Shown here in pieces: positions 52,401-63,913 of a DNA stretch of 64,000 nucleotides (position 1 is its first letter; each line of letters starts with the position of its first letter). Under the pieces are notes generated by a model, which was given only the letters and a program-made list of their open reading frames with translations, did not search any database and was not told the DNA's origin. The stretch spans positions 496,001-560,000 of the forward strand of contig JASTWF010000180.1 in the NCBI GenBank assembly GCA_030390025.1, written 5' to 3'. Source of the stretch: Squalus acanthias. Taxonomy: Eukaryota. The position numbers and the translations under genes were made by a program.

Positions 52401-54580
52401 GGTCCAATCCAAACCATCGTCAACACCTTCACCGAAGCGTATGAGAGCATAGGTCTTACACTAAACATGCACAAGACAAATGGTCCTCCACCAACCTGCC
52501 CCGCCACACAGTACTGCTCCCCAATTATCAAAATCCAGGACGAGGCCTTGGACAACATGGACCCCTTTCCATAACTCGGGAGCCTACTGTCAACAAGGCC
52601 AGACATCTATGATGAAGTCCAACAACGCCTTCAGTGTGCCAGTGCAGCCTTCGGTCGCCTGAGGAAGAGAGTATTTGAAGACCAGGACCTCAAACCCAGC
52701 ACCAAGCTGATGGTCTACAGAGCAGTAGTGATACCCTACCTCCTGTATGCCTCAGAGACATGGACCATTTACAGCAGGCACCTCAAAGCACTCTTCTTCT
52801 TCTTCTTAGGCAGTCCCTCGGAACCAAAGATGACTTGCTTCCACATTAAAAATGAGTTCTCAGGTGACTGATGAGTCCAATGCGGGACCTACAGTCGCTG
52901 TCACAGGTGGGGCAGACGGTGGTTGAAGGGCCGGGTGGGTGGGGTGCTTGGCTTGACGTGCGCTCCTTGCGCTGCCTGCGCTTGGCTTCCGCTTGCTCCC
53001 GGCAAAGAGACTCGAGATGTTCGGCGCCTTCCCGGATGCTTCTCCTCCACTTTGTACGGTCTTGGGCCAGGGATTCCCAGGTGTCGGTGGGGATGTTGCA
53101 CTTTTTCAAGGAGGCTTTGAGGGTGTCCTTGAAGCATTTTCTCTGCCCACCTGGGGCTCTCTTGCCGTGCCGGAACTCCGAGTAGAGCGCTTGTTTTAGG
53201 GGTCTCGTATCGGGCATGTGGACGATGTGACCCGTCCATCGGAGCTGATCGAGCGTGGTCAAAGCTTCGATGCTGGGGATGTTGGCCTGAGCGAGAACAC
53301 TGACGTTGGTGCACCTATCCTGCCAATGGATTTGCAGGATCTTGCGGAGGCAGCGTTCGTGGTACCTCTCCAGTGCTTTGAGGTGCCTGCTGTACATGGT
53401 CCATGTCTCTGAGGCATACAACAGGGCGGGTATCACTGCTGCTCTGTAGACCATGAGCTTAGTGCCGGGTTTGAGGTCCTGGTCTTCAAACACTCTCTTC
53501 CTCAGGTGACCGAAGGCTGCACTGGCACACTGAAGGCGGTGTTGGACTTCGTCATCGACGTCTGCCCTTGTTGACAGTAGGCTCCCGAGGTGTGGAAAGT
53601 GGTCCACGTTGTCCAAGGCCTTGTCGTGGATTTTGATAATCAGGGGGCAGTACTGTGTAACGGGGGCAGGTTGGTAGTGGACCTTTGTCTTTCGGATGTT
53701 TAGTGTAAGGCCCATGCTCTCGTACGCTTTGGTGAAGGTGTTAATGATAGTTTGGACTTCGACCTCCGAGTGTGCGCAGACGCAAGCGTCGTCTGCATAA
53801 TGTAATTCGACGACAGAGGAAGGGATGACCTTGGATCTGGACTGGAGGCGACGGAGGTTGAACAGTTTCCCGTTTGTTCTGTAAATTAGCTCCACTCCTG
53901 TGGGGAGCTTGCTGAGGGTGAGATAGAGCATTGCAGCAAGGAAGATCGAGAAGAGCGTTGGTGTGATGACACAGCCTTGCTTGACCCCAGTCCGTGCATG
54001 AATTGGAGAGGTACAAGCAACGCTGCCACCGAAAGATCCTGCAAATCCATTGGCAGGATAGGTGCATCAACGTCAGTTTTCTCGCTCAGGCCAACATCCC
54101 CAGCATCGAAGCTTTGACCACGCTCGATCAGCTCCGATGGACGGGTCACATTGTCCGCATGCCCGATACGAGACACCCAAAACAAGCGCTCTACTCGGAG
54201 CTCCGGCACGGCAAGAGAGCCCCAGGTGGGCAGAGGAAATGCTTCAAGGACACCCTCAAAATCTCCTTGAAAAAGTGCAACATCCCCACCGACACCTGGG
54301 AATCCCTGGCCCAGACCGCACAAAGTGGAGGCAAAGCATCCAGGAAGGCACCGATCATCTCGAGTCACTTCGCCGGGAGCAAGCGGAAGCCAAGCGCAAA
54401 CAGCAGAAGGAGCGCACATCAACCCAAGCACCCCACCCACCTGCCCCTTCAACCACCGTCTGCCTCACCTGTGACAGCGACTGTAGATCCCGCATTGGGC
54501 TCATCAGTCACCTGAGCACTCAATTTTAGTGTGGGAGCAAGTTATCCTCGGTTCCGAGGGACTGCCTAAGAAGGAAGAGA
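49500..54580 (+). mobile_element. Near full-length degenerate RTE LINE, interrupted by a CR1 piece (~51237-51750) and an inverted RTE copy (~52792-53998)
   Basis: APE start MKFGTWNVRTL, RT ORF at 51762-52574, sequence resumes at ~54004 after the insert, 3' tail at ~54570. Confidence 0.87.
52792..53998 (-). mobile_element. 5'-truncated RTE LINE nested in opposite orientation within a same-family RTE
   Basis: Open 361-aa ORF at 52846-53931 and (TTC)n tail at 52792-52807. Confidence 0.88.
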
Positions 54581-57224
54581 GGATTTAATCAAATGTTGCT
54601 CTTCTCTGCATAGTTTATTTGCATTATTGTACATTGCGCTTGCTTGGCCACTTGCTGATTGACAACTAATTGAAAGAAAGAATGATTTGCATTTATCTAC
54701 CGCGAATCAGGGCCTCGGGACGTCCCGAAGCGCTTTGCAGCCAATTTGAAGCGTAGTCATTGCTGTAGTGCAGGAAACTCCTCAGCCAAGTTACGCGCAG
54801 CAAGGGCCCACAAACTGCAATGTGCTCATGACCAGATCATCCGTTTATGACGTGGATTGACGGATAAGTCAACCCAGGACAGCCGGAATAACTGCCCTGC
54901 TCTTCTGTCGAAAATGCAATGTGATCTTTCACATCCACCTGAGAGGTTGAACATCTCATCCAAAAGACGGCACCTCCAAAAATGCAGCACTCCCTCGGTC
55001 CTGCACTGGGAGTGTCCTCCTGAATGATGTGCTCAGATCGCTGCAGTGGGACTTTGAAACCACAAACATCTAGAACTTAGAGGCGAGAGTCCTACCACTG
55101 AGCCGCGGCTGGGATTTGAAGCGTCGAACGTGCTGTTAATAGGCTGAGCGCTGAAGTACAGAAAATGTTGCTTGAAAGCTAAATTGGTCGGAATAGTTGG
55201 TCGTTTAAAAAGAGGCACTTGACACGTAAGCTGTTAAGGACAATTGTTAAGGAATCCTTTATACTCTTGTGGGAGCTTGCTGTGCGCAAATTGGCTGCCG
55301 CGTTTCCTACATTACAACAGTGACTACACTTCAAAACAACGAAGTACTTCATTGGCTGTAAAGTGCTTTGAGACGTGCGGTGGTCGTGAAAGGCGCTATA
55401 TAAATGCAAGTCTTTCTTTTTTTCTGAAGAATTTAAATTCTTCTTCATCGTCATTATTAACCTCTTCTGATTTCTCCTCCATTTCATCATTTTCCTCTTC
55501 ATTACCTGCCATTACCTTCCTTTTGTCAATTTGTTCTCCATCATCATATTATCATTGCCATCATCTTTTATACATCAAAATAAATAGCATTTCTGGGTTA
55601 CACATCTCTCTCTCAACTCTCAAGACTTATCTCAAACAATTTCCCTGTGTCAGGCTTATAAGAAAGTATGTAAGGGACAAAGCCGCCACTTGACCCACGA
55701 TGCTGAATTTCTGTCATCTCCCGGTGACCTGACCAATCACAATTAAAAACAGAGACCGTGGTTGCGTCCAGGAACTGGAATGGACTCGACCGCTGAGTGA
55801 TCGAACCAATCAGAATTCAGGAAAAAAAAAATAACGCCACATTTGTTGGAACATGTGAGGCCAATGTTACAATGAAAGTTACGGAGAGAAATAAACATAG
55901 GTTGCTTCTAGGGTCATTCAGTCTCCGAGTATAATGTGCGTTTAATTATTCAACGTGGATTCAGTCAAGTAGTGAACACCATTTGTAGCATTGAATGCAT
56001 AGTTCAATAGAGGATTAAAAATGGTCCAATCCTCTCTTACATCAGCTTATCGAACAGTTTCCCAAAAGTAAAGAAAGACTTGCAATTATATAGCGCCTTT
56101 CACGACATCAGCCTGTTCCAAAGCGCTTTTCAGCCAGAAGTACTTTTTTGAATTGTAGTCACACTTGTAATGTCGTAAACGGGGCAACCAGATCTGCGCA
56201 CAGCAAGCTCCCACGAACGGCAATGCGATCACGACCATACAAACTGCTTTTCCGTGATGTTTGAGGGATAAATATAGTCCAAGGCACCAGGAGAACTCCC
56301 CCGCTCTTCTTCCAATAATGCCATGGGATCTTTTATGCCCACCCGAGAGGACAGACCGGGGCCTCGATTTAACGTTTCATCTGAAAGACGGCCCCTCCGA
56401 CAGTGCAGAACTCCGTCAACCCTGCCACTGGTAGCATTGGAGTGGGACGCGAACCCACAATATCCTAACTCAGAGGCAAGAGCGCTACTAACCGAGCCGC
56501 GGCTACCAATATGCGGAAAAGGCCCATTTCTGAGACTAGAGACTGCTGAACATTGCCAAAGGCACTGCAGTTACAGCAACACTAATAGAAAGGAAGAAAG
56601 AAAGACAAGAAGCAAGTCTTGCATTTCTGCAGAGTGTATTACGACCTCAGGACATCCCAAAGCGCTTTACAGGCAATGTAGTGTAGCCACTGTTGTAATG
56701 TAGGTAACGCGGCAGCCAATTTGCGCACGGCACGATCCCACAAACAGCACTGAGATAATGACCAGCTCTGTTTCAGTGATGTTGATTGAGGGATAACCAT
56801 TGGCCAGGACACCGGGGATACCTTCCCTGCTTTTCTTCGAAATCGTGCCATGGGATCTTTTGCGTCCACCTGAGAGGTGAGGGACGGGGCTTCAGTTCAA
56901 CGTCTCATCGAAAGACGGCACCTCCGACAGTGCAGCACTGCCTCAGTACTTGTACTGTACTGAAGTGTCAGCCTGGAGAGTTTTAGTCTCTGGGGTAGGA
57001 CTTGAACACACAACCTTCCGAACTAGAGGCTAGAGTGCTACCCACTGAGCCACAGCTGACAATAGGCCTTGTTTAGCATTGTACACGGCATGTCATGATC
57101 AAGTTAATGTGCAAGTGAAGCTGGATAAGAAGCCGGTGCACAGTTTTATCAGGTTGCGTCGAAGTAATTCAGCTCTTATATTATGGTCTTACATTCCATA
57201 ATATTGTCCTTGTTCACACTATAA

Positions 57225-58680
57225 ATTCCTATTTGCAAGGATAATGCCAGAAATGGTAGCCAGTAACCCCGCTGTTCAGGAAAGGAGGAAAAGAGAACTA
57301 CAGGCCAGTTCACCTGACATCAGTCGTCGGGAAAATGCTGGAATCCATTATTAAGGAAGTGGTAACAGGGCACTTAGAAAATCATAAAATGATTTGGCAG
57401 AGTCAGCATGGCTTTTATGAAAGGGAAATCGTGTTTAACAAATTTATTAGAGTTTTCTGAGGATGTAACTAGCAGAGTAGATAAAGGGGAACCAGTGGAT
57501 TTAGTATATTTGGATTTCCAAAACACATTCGATAAGGTGCCGCATTAATGTTTGCTATGCAAGATAAGGGCTCATGGGGTTTGATAATATATTAGTACGG
57601 ATAGAAAACAGAGAGTAGGGATAAACGGTCATTTTCGGCTTCGCAGGCTGTAACAAGTGGGGTTTCGCAAGGATCAGTGCTTGGGCCTCAGCTAATTACA
57701 CTTTATATGAATGACTTAGATGAAGGGAGGAGTGTAATGTATCGAAGTTTGCTGACGATACCACGCTAGGCGGGAAAGTAGCTGTGAGGAGGAAACAAAG
57801 AGCCTGCAAAGGGATATCGAAAGGTTAAGTAAGTCGGGCAATGAGGTGGCAGATGGAGTATAATCTGGCGGAATTATGAAATTATTCACTTTGGTAGGAA
57901 GAATAGAAAAGCAGAATATTTTTTAAATGGTGAGAAACCATTAAATGTTGGTGTTGAGAGAGAGTTAGGCGTACTCGTACAAGAAACACAGAGAGTTAGC
58001 ATGCAGGTGCAGCAAGCAATTAGGAAGGCAAATGGCATGTTGGCCTTTATTGCAAAGGGGTTGGAGTACAAGTGTAAGGAAGTCTTGGTACAATTCTACA
58101 GGGCTATGCTGAGACCATACCTGGAGTAATGTGCAAAGTTTTGGACTCCTTATCTAAGGAAGGATATACTTGCCTTAGAGGTGGTGCAACGACGGTTCAC
58201 TAGATCGAATCCTGGGATGAGAGGGCTGTCCTATGGGGAGAGATTGAGTAGATTGGGCCTATACTCTCTGGAGTTTAGAAGAATGAGAGGTGATCTCATT
58301 GAAACAGATAAGATTCTGAGGGGGATTGACAGGGTAGATGCTGAGAGGTTGTTTCCCCTGGCTGGAGTGTCTAGAACTAGGGGGCATAGTCTGAGGATAA
58401 GGGGTCGGCCATTTAAGACTGAGATGAGGAGGAATTTCTTCACTCAGAGGGTTGTGAATCTTTGGAATTATCTACCCCAAAGGGCTGTGGATGTTGAATC
58501 GTATATTCTAGGCTGAGATAGATAGATTTTTGGATTCTAGGGGAATCAAGGGATATGGAGTACCGGCGGGAAAATGGAGTTAAGGTAAAAGATCAGCCAT
58601 GTTCTTATTGAATGGCGGAGCAGGCTCGAGGGGCCATACGGCCAGTCCTGCTCCTAATTCGTAAGTTCTATGTTCTTAAT
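57225..58680 (+). mobile_element. Degenerate CR1 3' fragment inserted in the right arm of the inverted duplication
   Basis: RT fragments; the flanks rejoin in the left arm at ~30250. Confidence 0.8.
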
Positions 58681-59189
58681 TGTGAGGGTATAAAATATCA
58701 AGACACAGTGGACAGACTGGGGCTTATTTCTCTAGAAAAGAGACGGCTGAGAGGTGAACAGATAGAGTCTTTTAAGATTATGAAAGAATTTGATAGGGTA
58801 GCTGTAGGGAAGATTTTTCCACTTTGGAGGAGATCAAAACTAGAGACCATAAATATAAGAGAGTCATTAATAAATCCAATAGGAAATTCAGGAGACACAT
58901 CTTTACATAGAGAGTGGTGTGAATGTGATACTTGCCAACACAAGGCAATAGCATAGATGCATTTAAGGGGAAGCTAGATAAGCACACGAGGGAGATAATA
59001 ATAGAAGGATGTGTTGATCGGGTTCGATGAAGAGGGATGGGAGGAGGCTCGTGTGGAGCATTGACATATGCATAGACTAGTTTGGCTGACTGGCCTATTT
59101 CTGTGCTGTACACTATATAACTATGTAACAAGGACATTCGGCGCACTGTGTTTGTGCCGGCTCACAGTCAGAGAAAAGGGTGGTGCCAA

Positions 59190-60910
59190 GGATTTTACAC
59201 AATACTCCAGCTAAGGCCTAACCAGTGATTTGTAAAGCTTTAGCATGACTTCCCTATTCCTTCCATTCAATGCCCTATTTACATTGCCAACTACCTCTTA
59301 TGCTTTCTTAACTGTCTTTTCAACTTGCCCTGCCACATTCAACGATTTGTGAATATGCACCCCAGGTCCCTCTGCTCTTGTATCCCCCTCAATATAGTAC
59401 CATTTAGATTATACTGTCTCTCCCTGTTGTTCCTCCCTAAGTGCATCACTTCACACTTATCCGCATTAAACTGCATCTGCCATGTGTCTACCCATTTCAC
59501 CAGTCTGCCTATGTCCTCCTGAAGTCTGCTCCTATCCTGCTCACTATTTACTACGTTACCAAGTTATATATCATCCAAACAGCTTCGAAGTTGTACTCCC
59601 TATACCCAAGTCCAAGTCATTTACATATAACAAGAAAAACAATGATCCTAATACCGACCCCTGGGGAACCCGCTGCATACTTCTCTCCAGTCAGAAAAAC
59701 ACCCATTCACCACTACTCTCTGCCTCCTCTCCCTCAACCAATTACGTACCCAAGTTACCACCATCCATTTAATCCCATGTGCTTCTATTTTCCGAATAAG
59801 TCTGTTATGTGGTACTTTATCAAATGCCTTTTGAAAGTCCATATATATAACATCTACTGCATTACCTTCATCAACCCTCTTCTGTTACTTCTTCAAAGCA
59901 TAAAAGAAAATGTATAGAAAGTTGGCTAAAGGGCAGGAAACAAGGGTAGCTACTCAGACTGGCAAAAGATGCTCCACAAGGATCAGTGCTGGGACCACTG
60001 TTGTTAACAATTTACGTAAACGATTTGGACTCGGAAATCAGAAGTACAATTTCAAAATTTGCAGACGACTCCAAATTGGGGACATAGCAAATACTGAGGA
60101 AGACTGCAACAAAATACAAGACAACATTAAGAAACTTGCAGAATGGACATGTAATTGGCCAATGAATTTAAATATAGAGAAGTGTGAGGTGTTACATTTT
60201 GGTAGGAAGAATAAGGGCGCCACGAATTGCTTGTATAATAAGAGTCTAAATGGGGTACGGGAGCAAAGGAATCTCGGGGTACAGATATACAAATCACTAA
60301 AAGTAGCGACACAGGTTGGTAAGATCATAAAAAAGCAAATCTAGCACTGGGTTTCATTTCTAGAGGGATAGAATTCAAAAGCAGAGAATTTATGTTAAAT
60401 CTGTATAGAAACTTGGCTAGACCACACTTGTGGGTATTGTGCACAGTTCTGCTCTCCATATTATGACAAGGATATAGAAGCCCTGAAGAAGGTGCAAAAA
60501 AGATTCACAAGGATGATACCAGAACAGAATGGATATACTTATCAGAGAAGGCTGAGGGGTGTCCTGATAGATGGCATTAACATTATGAAAGGGTTTGATA
60601 GGGTAGACGTAGAGAAGATGTTTCCACTTGTGAGGGCGTCCAACACTATATGCAATAGGGAATTCAGTAGAACCTGCTTTACCCAGAGAGTGGTTAGAAT
60701 GTGGAACTCGCTACCACACGGTGGTTGACGCGAATAGTATCGATGCATTTAAGGGGAAGCTAGATAAGCACATGAGGGAGAAGGTTTACGCTGATAGGGT
60801 TAGACGAAGAGGGTGGCAGGAGCCTCAGTTGGAGTATAAACACCTGGCATGGACCAGTTGGGGCCGAATGGCCGATTTCTGTGCAGTACATTCGATGTAA
60901 TTCTATGTTC
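59190..60910. mobile_element. Two degenerate CR1 fragments (59190-59895 minus; 59900-60910 plus)
   Basis: RT remnants DFQKAFDKVPH and KCEVLHFGRKN. Confidence 0.78.
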
Positions 60911-61869
60911 AATGGCAATTATTTAAGTGAGCGTGTTACGCTGTAATTACACCCTCCTGCAGAGGGATTCTGTGACACCTCCACAGGGGGTTGGGTGTAT
61001 CTCCAGCGTGACAGTTTACATAGGAAGTTTCCATTAAATCGTGGCAATGGAACTTTATAATGGGAACGTGAACAGGAAGTGGCACGAATCTTGTAGATCC
61101 TTAAATGTATTAATATGTGTGTTGCACTGTCGAGTGAGGAAAAACTGCTACATCATTACATCATCTTAGCATTAAAAAAGGAGCCTTTTAGAACCTTTAG
61201 AATTGCAAGCAGATCTGCTGTGGAAACAATCATCCATGCCTTGTCACCTATACACTCGACTATTCCAATGCTGTCCTGGCTTGACTCCCAACTTGCACCC
61301 ACCATAAACTTGAGCTCATCCAAAAACCCTGCTGCCCGTGTCCTAAATCGCACCAAGTCCCGTCCATCCATGTGCTCGCGGGCCTACATTGGCTCCCGCT
61401 CTGGCAACGCCTCGATTTTAAAATTCTCATCCTTGTTTTCAAATCCCTCCATGGTCCTCGCCCCTCTCCCTATCTCTGTAACCTCCTCCAGCTCCTACAG
61501 CCCTCCGAGATCTCTGAACTCCTCCAATTCTGGCCTCTTGCGCATCCCCGATTTCAATCGCTCCACCATTGGTGGCCGTGCTTTCAGCTACCCAGGCCCT
61601 AACCTCTGGAATTTCCTCCCGAGACCACTCCGCCTCTCTACCTCTCTCTCCTCATTTCCTTAAAACTTGACCATACTTCCGGTCACCTGTCCGAATATCT
61701 CCTCATGTGGCTCGGTGTCAATTTTGTTTCGATAACGCTCATCTGAAGCCACTTATGAGTTTTACTACGTTAAAGGCGCTTGTATAAATGCGATTGTTGG
61801 TTGTTGCACCTCTCACAGAGTGTCTGATGTAGCTACCTCATGTGGCCCGGTTGGCAGCAGCTAGTGAAC

Positions 61870-61944
61870 AGTTTTTGTGCTGGCTTGTATCACTGTGGGG
61901 ATACGCACAGTAGTTGAGTCTCCTTCAGCGCCCGTACAATAACC
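61870..61944 (+). other. TCR-delta-type D segment (coding 61898-61905, GGGATACG) with 5' 12-RSS and 3' 23-RSS
   Basis: AGTTTTTGT-12nt-CACTGTG | GGGATACG | CACAGTA-23nt-ACAATAACC. The core equals the 3' part of human TRDD3 (ACTGGGGGATACG) and is open in all three frames. Confidence 0.93.
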
Positions 61945-62228
61945 TCTCAGCTGCACAGAACAGTACAGCACCACTCTCAACACCCCCGGGATGGTCTGGC
62001 TAGAATCAAGCAACGGATACCCCCTGAACCCTTACCGTTTTGCATTCTGTGCATTTTGCAGCGTTTCTTCCCCTGGATGTTTATAACCGTTTCCCCATTG
62101 CGGGACCGCCGGATAATAAAGACATGGCCGGTGCACTCACTGGCCTTGTCCTTTTGAAGCAAGAGAATCGGTTACCGGGAGATGTGGAGGAGACGCCAAG
62201 GGATCTTGTTATAGGATTCAACCGTGTG

Positions 62229-62291
62229 TAACATACGGAACGGATGAAAAGCTCACGTTCGGGAATGGGACCAGGCTGATTGTGGAACCCA
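62229..62291 (+). CDS. TCR J segment (intact), TYGTDEKLTFGNGTRLIVEP
   Basis: FGxG motif and GTAAGT donor at 62292. Upstream 12-RSS: GGATCTTGT (62201-62209), 12 nt, CCGTGTG (62222-62228). Confidence 0.9.
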
Positions 62292-62400
62292 GTAAGTACC
62301 TCATTTTCGATATGGTCTCTCAACTCTTTCTCCTATTTCCATTTGGGGACATAATTAAGGCGCAAAGTCACACAGTTATTTTGTTTTTACATAGCAGTAA

Positions 62401-62456
62401 GGGCTGGGAGAGAAGCTGGCATTTGGTATCGGGGAACCAAGGGATTGTGCAACCGA
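62401..62456 (+). pseudogene. TCR pseudo-J (GLGEKLAFG..., frameshifted, donor GCAAGT)
   Basis: EKLAFG is followed by indels and then GGAACCAAG...ATTGTGCAACCGA, resembling GTK.IVQP. The splice donor is GC and no recognisable RSS is present. Confidence 0.6.
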
Positions 62457-63284
62457 GCAAGTCGGTTTGAGTATTTTCTTTCTCGATTTAGGGCAGTTTG
62501 GCGGATGATACAAAGTTCTTTAAACCGACATCCAGTCGTCAGCACGAACACACTCGTGTGTACTAGCGGGCGATGTTTCACTGCCCTGCGTGAGTGCGAT
62601 TAAGCAACACTTTTAAAGATGTCCCGTGCGTAAATCGGCAAATTGCCTCCGCAGTTTAGCTCCCACGCGCTTCGTTTAAGCCACAATCCGGATAGTTAAA
62701 GCTTTAAAATGGCTGTGCCCTCGTCTCTTTTTCCTGCTGCACTTGCGAGTGAAGCCGGCAAACGCAAACTGCGGCTGATAAATGATCCTCTGAGTGCTAT
62801 GAGCGTATGTTCGCCATATCTATTCCCTTCGGTACTTGCCTTGCTGCCGAAATCGGAAGCACTTGCTTAATCATGGCGTTTAACATTTCGCCACGACTAC
62901 CGACCAGAGCAAAATCTTCAGGAAGCTTTTAAGGTTATCGCCATTCGCCCATCGTGCCTGTGCCGGCTTTTTGAAAGAGCTATCCAATTATTCCCTTACG
63001 CCTGTCCTTTTCTATAGCCCTGCAATTTATTCGCCTTCAAGCATTTATCCAATTCCCTTTTGAAAGTTACTATTGAATCTGCTTCCACCAGTGCAGATAG
63101 CGACCCACATAACTCCTTTACCTGCCCACCCGCCCTTGCATGTTCTAAGAACCGTGAAATATATATGTTTGATTGCACACACCTTGTAAAGGTACAGATT
63201 ACTAGTGTTGTAACTGATCAGGTACAATGTACCGTTTAATAGCTCAAGTTCAGGCCAGTCTGGAGCTTAAAGGTTACCAATGTG

Positions 63285-63346
63285 TGAATATCAGTAAGAG
63301 TGCGAAGAGGGTATTTGGAAATGGGACCGAGTGATGGTAGAACCCA
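63285..63346 (+). pseudogene. TCR pseudo-J (NISKSAKRVFGNGT / 1-nt deletion / RVMVEP)
   Basis: The FGNGT frame runs into TGA; restoring one base gives TRVMVEP before a GTAAGC donor. Heptamer CAATGTG at 63278-63284, 12-nt spacer, weak nonamer AGTCTGGAG. Confidence 0.78.
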
Positions 63347-63913
63347 GTAAGCATATAGGAACATGAGAAATAGGAGCAGGAGTAGGCCACGCAGCCTCTC
63401 GAGCCTGCTCCGCCATTCAATAATATCATGGCTGATCTTCTACCTCATCTCCACTTTCCCCGCAATATCCCCATATCACTTGATTCACTTAATGTCCAAA
63501 AATCTATCGATGTCCGTCTTGAATATACTCAAGCACTGGGCTTCTATTTCCTCTGCTTCCATTTCTAACGAAATCGCAAACGCAGTATTTTGGTAAGGCT
63601 TTGAGGAGGCCTTTGGAAAGACAGCCAAAGGAATTGTCCCCAACCTTCGCTTCGCTTAGAATTGCCAATTCTTAAACTCGCGATCGATGCGGATCTGATT
63701 AGAGTTGGGGTGAAATTGATGAGGAATAAGTGATCATCGCGATGATTTTCTGACTTTACAATTAACACTTAAGCGGACTTCAGAAACTAATTTTCCGCCG
63801 TGGAACTCGGTTAGCTCCCGCGCCGAGTGAGTATAACCATGTTAGGCTTAATGGCATGCACACGCCCTGCCTGTGCTTTATAAAGAGTTTGGACATGGAG
63901 ATTTATCACGGTG

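Larger units (their letters stand above)
43540..58870 (-). repeat. Right arm of the inverted duplication, expanded by >10 kb of later TE insertions
   Basis: Collinear reverse-complement homology to 30055-36900, interrupted by L2, CR1 and RTE copies. Confidence 0.82.

Noticed and set aside
54685-54692. Second octamer ATTTGCAT
   Set aside because: It lies in a SINE tail whose other copies read ACTTGCAT/ACTTGTAT, so it is likely incidental.
59144-59169. CACTGTG-12nt-CACAGTC, resembling a D segment between two heptamers
   Set aside because: There is no nonamer at 12 or 23 nt on either side, and the paralogous copies at ~35.87 and ~45.29 kb do not keep both heptamers.
60968-60988. TTCTGTG-ACACCTC-CACAGGG as a possible upstream D1
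   Set aside because: No credible nonamer on either side; the position is suggestive but it cannot be supported.
27500-61800. Constant-region exon, NAR-TCR V or additional V segments in the V-D interval
   Set aside because: No Ig C1 or V-domain motifs were seen in the ORF track or by reading the unique stretches; very decayed remnants cannot be excluded without a profile search.
63595-63645. Possible highly decayed J (…EAFGKTAKGIVP)
   Set aside because: It lacks the second Gly of FGxG, an RSS and a splice donor, so it could be chance.
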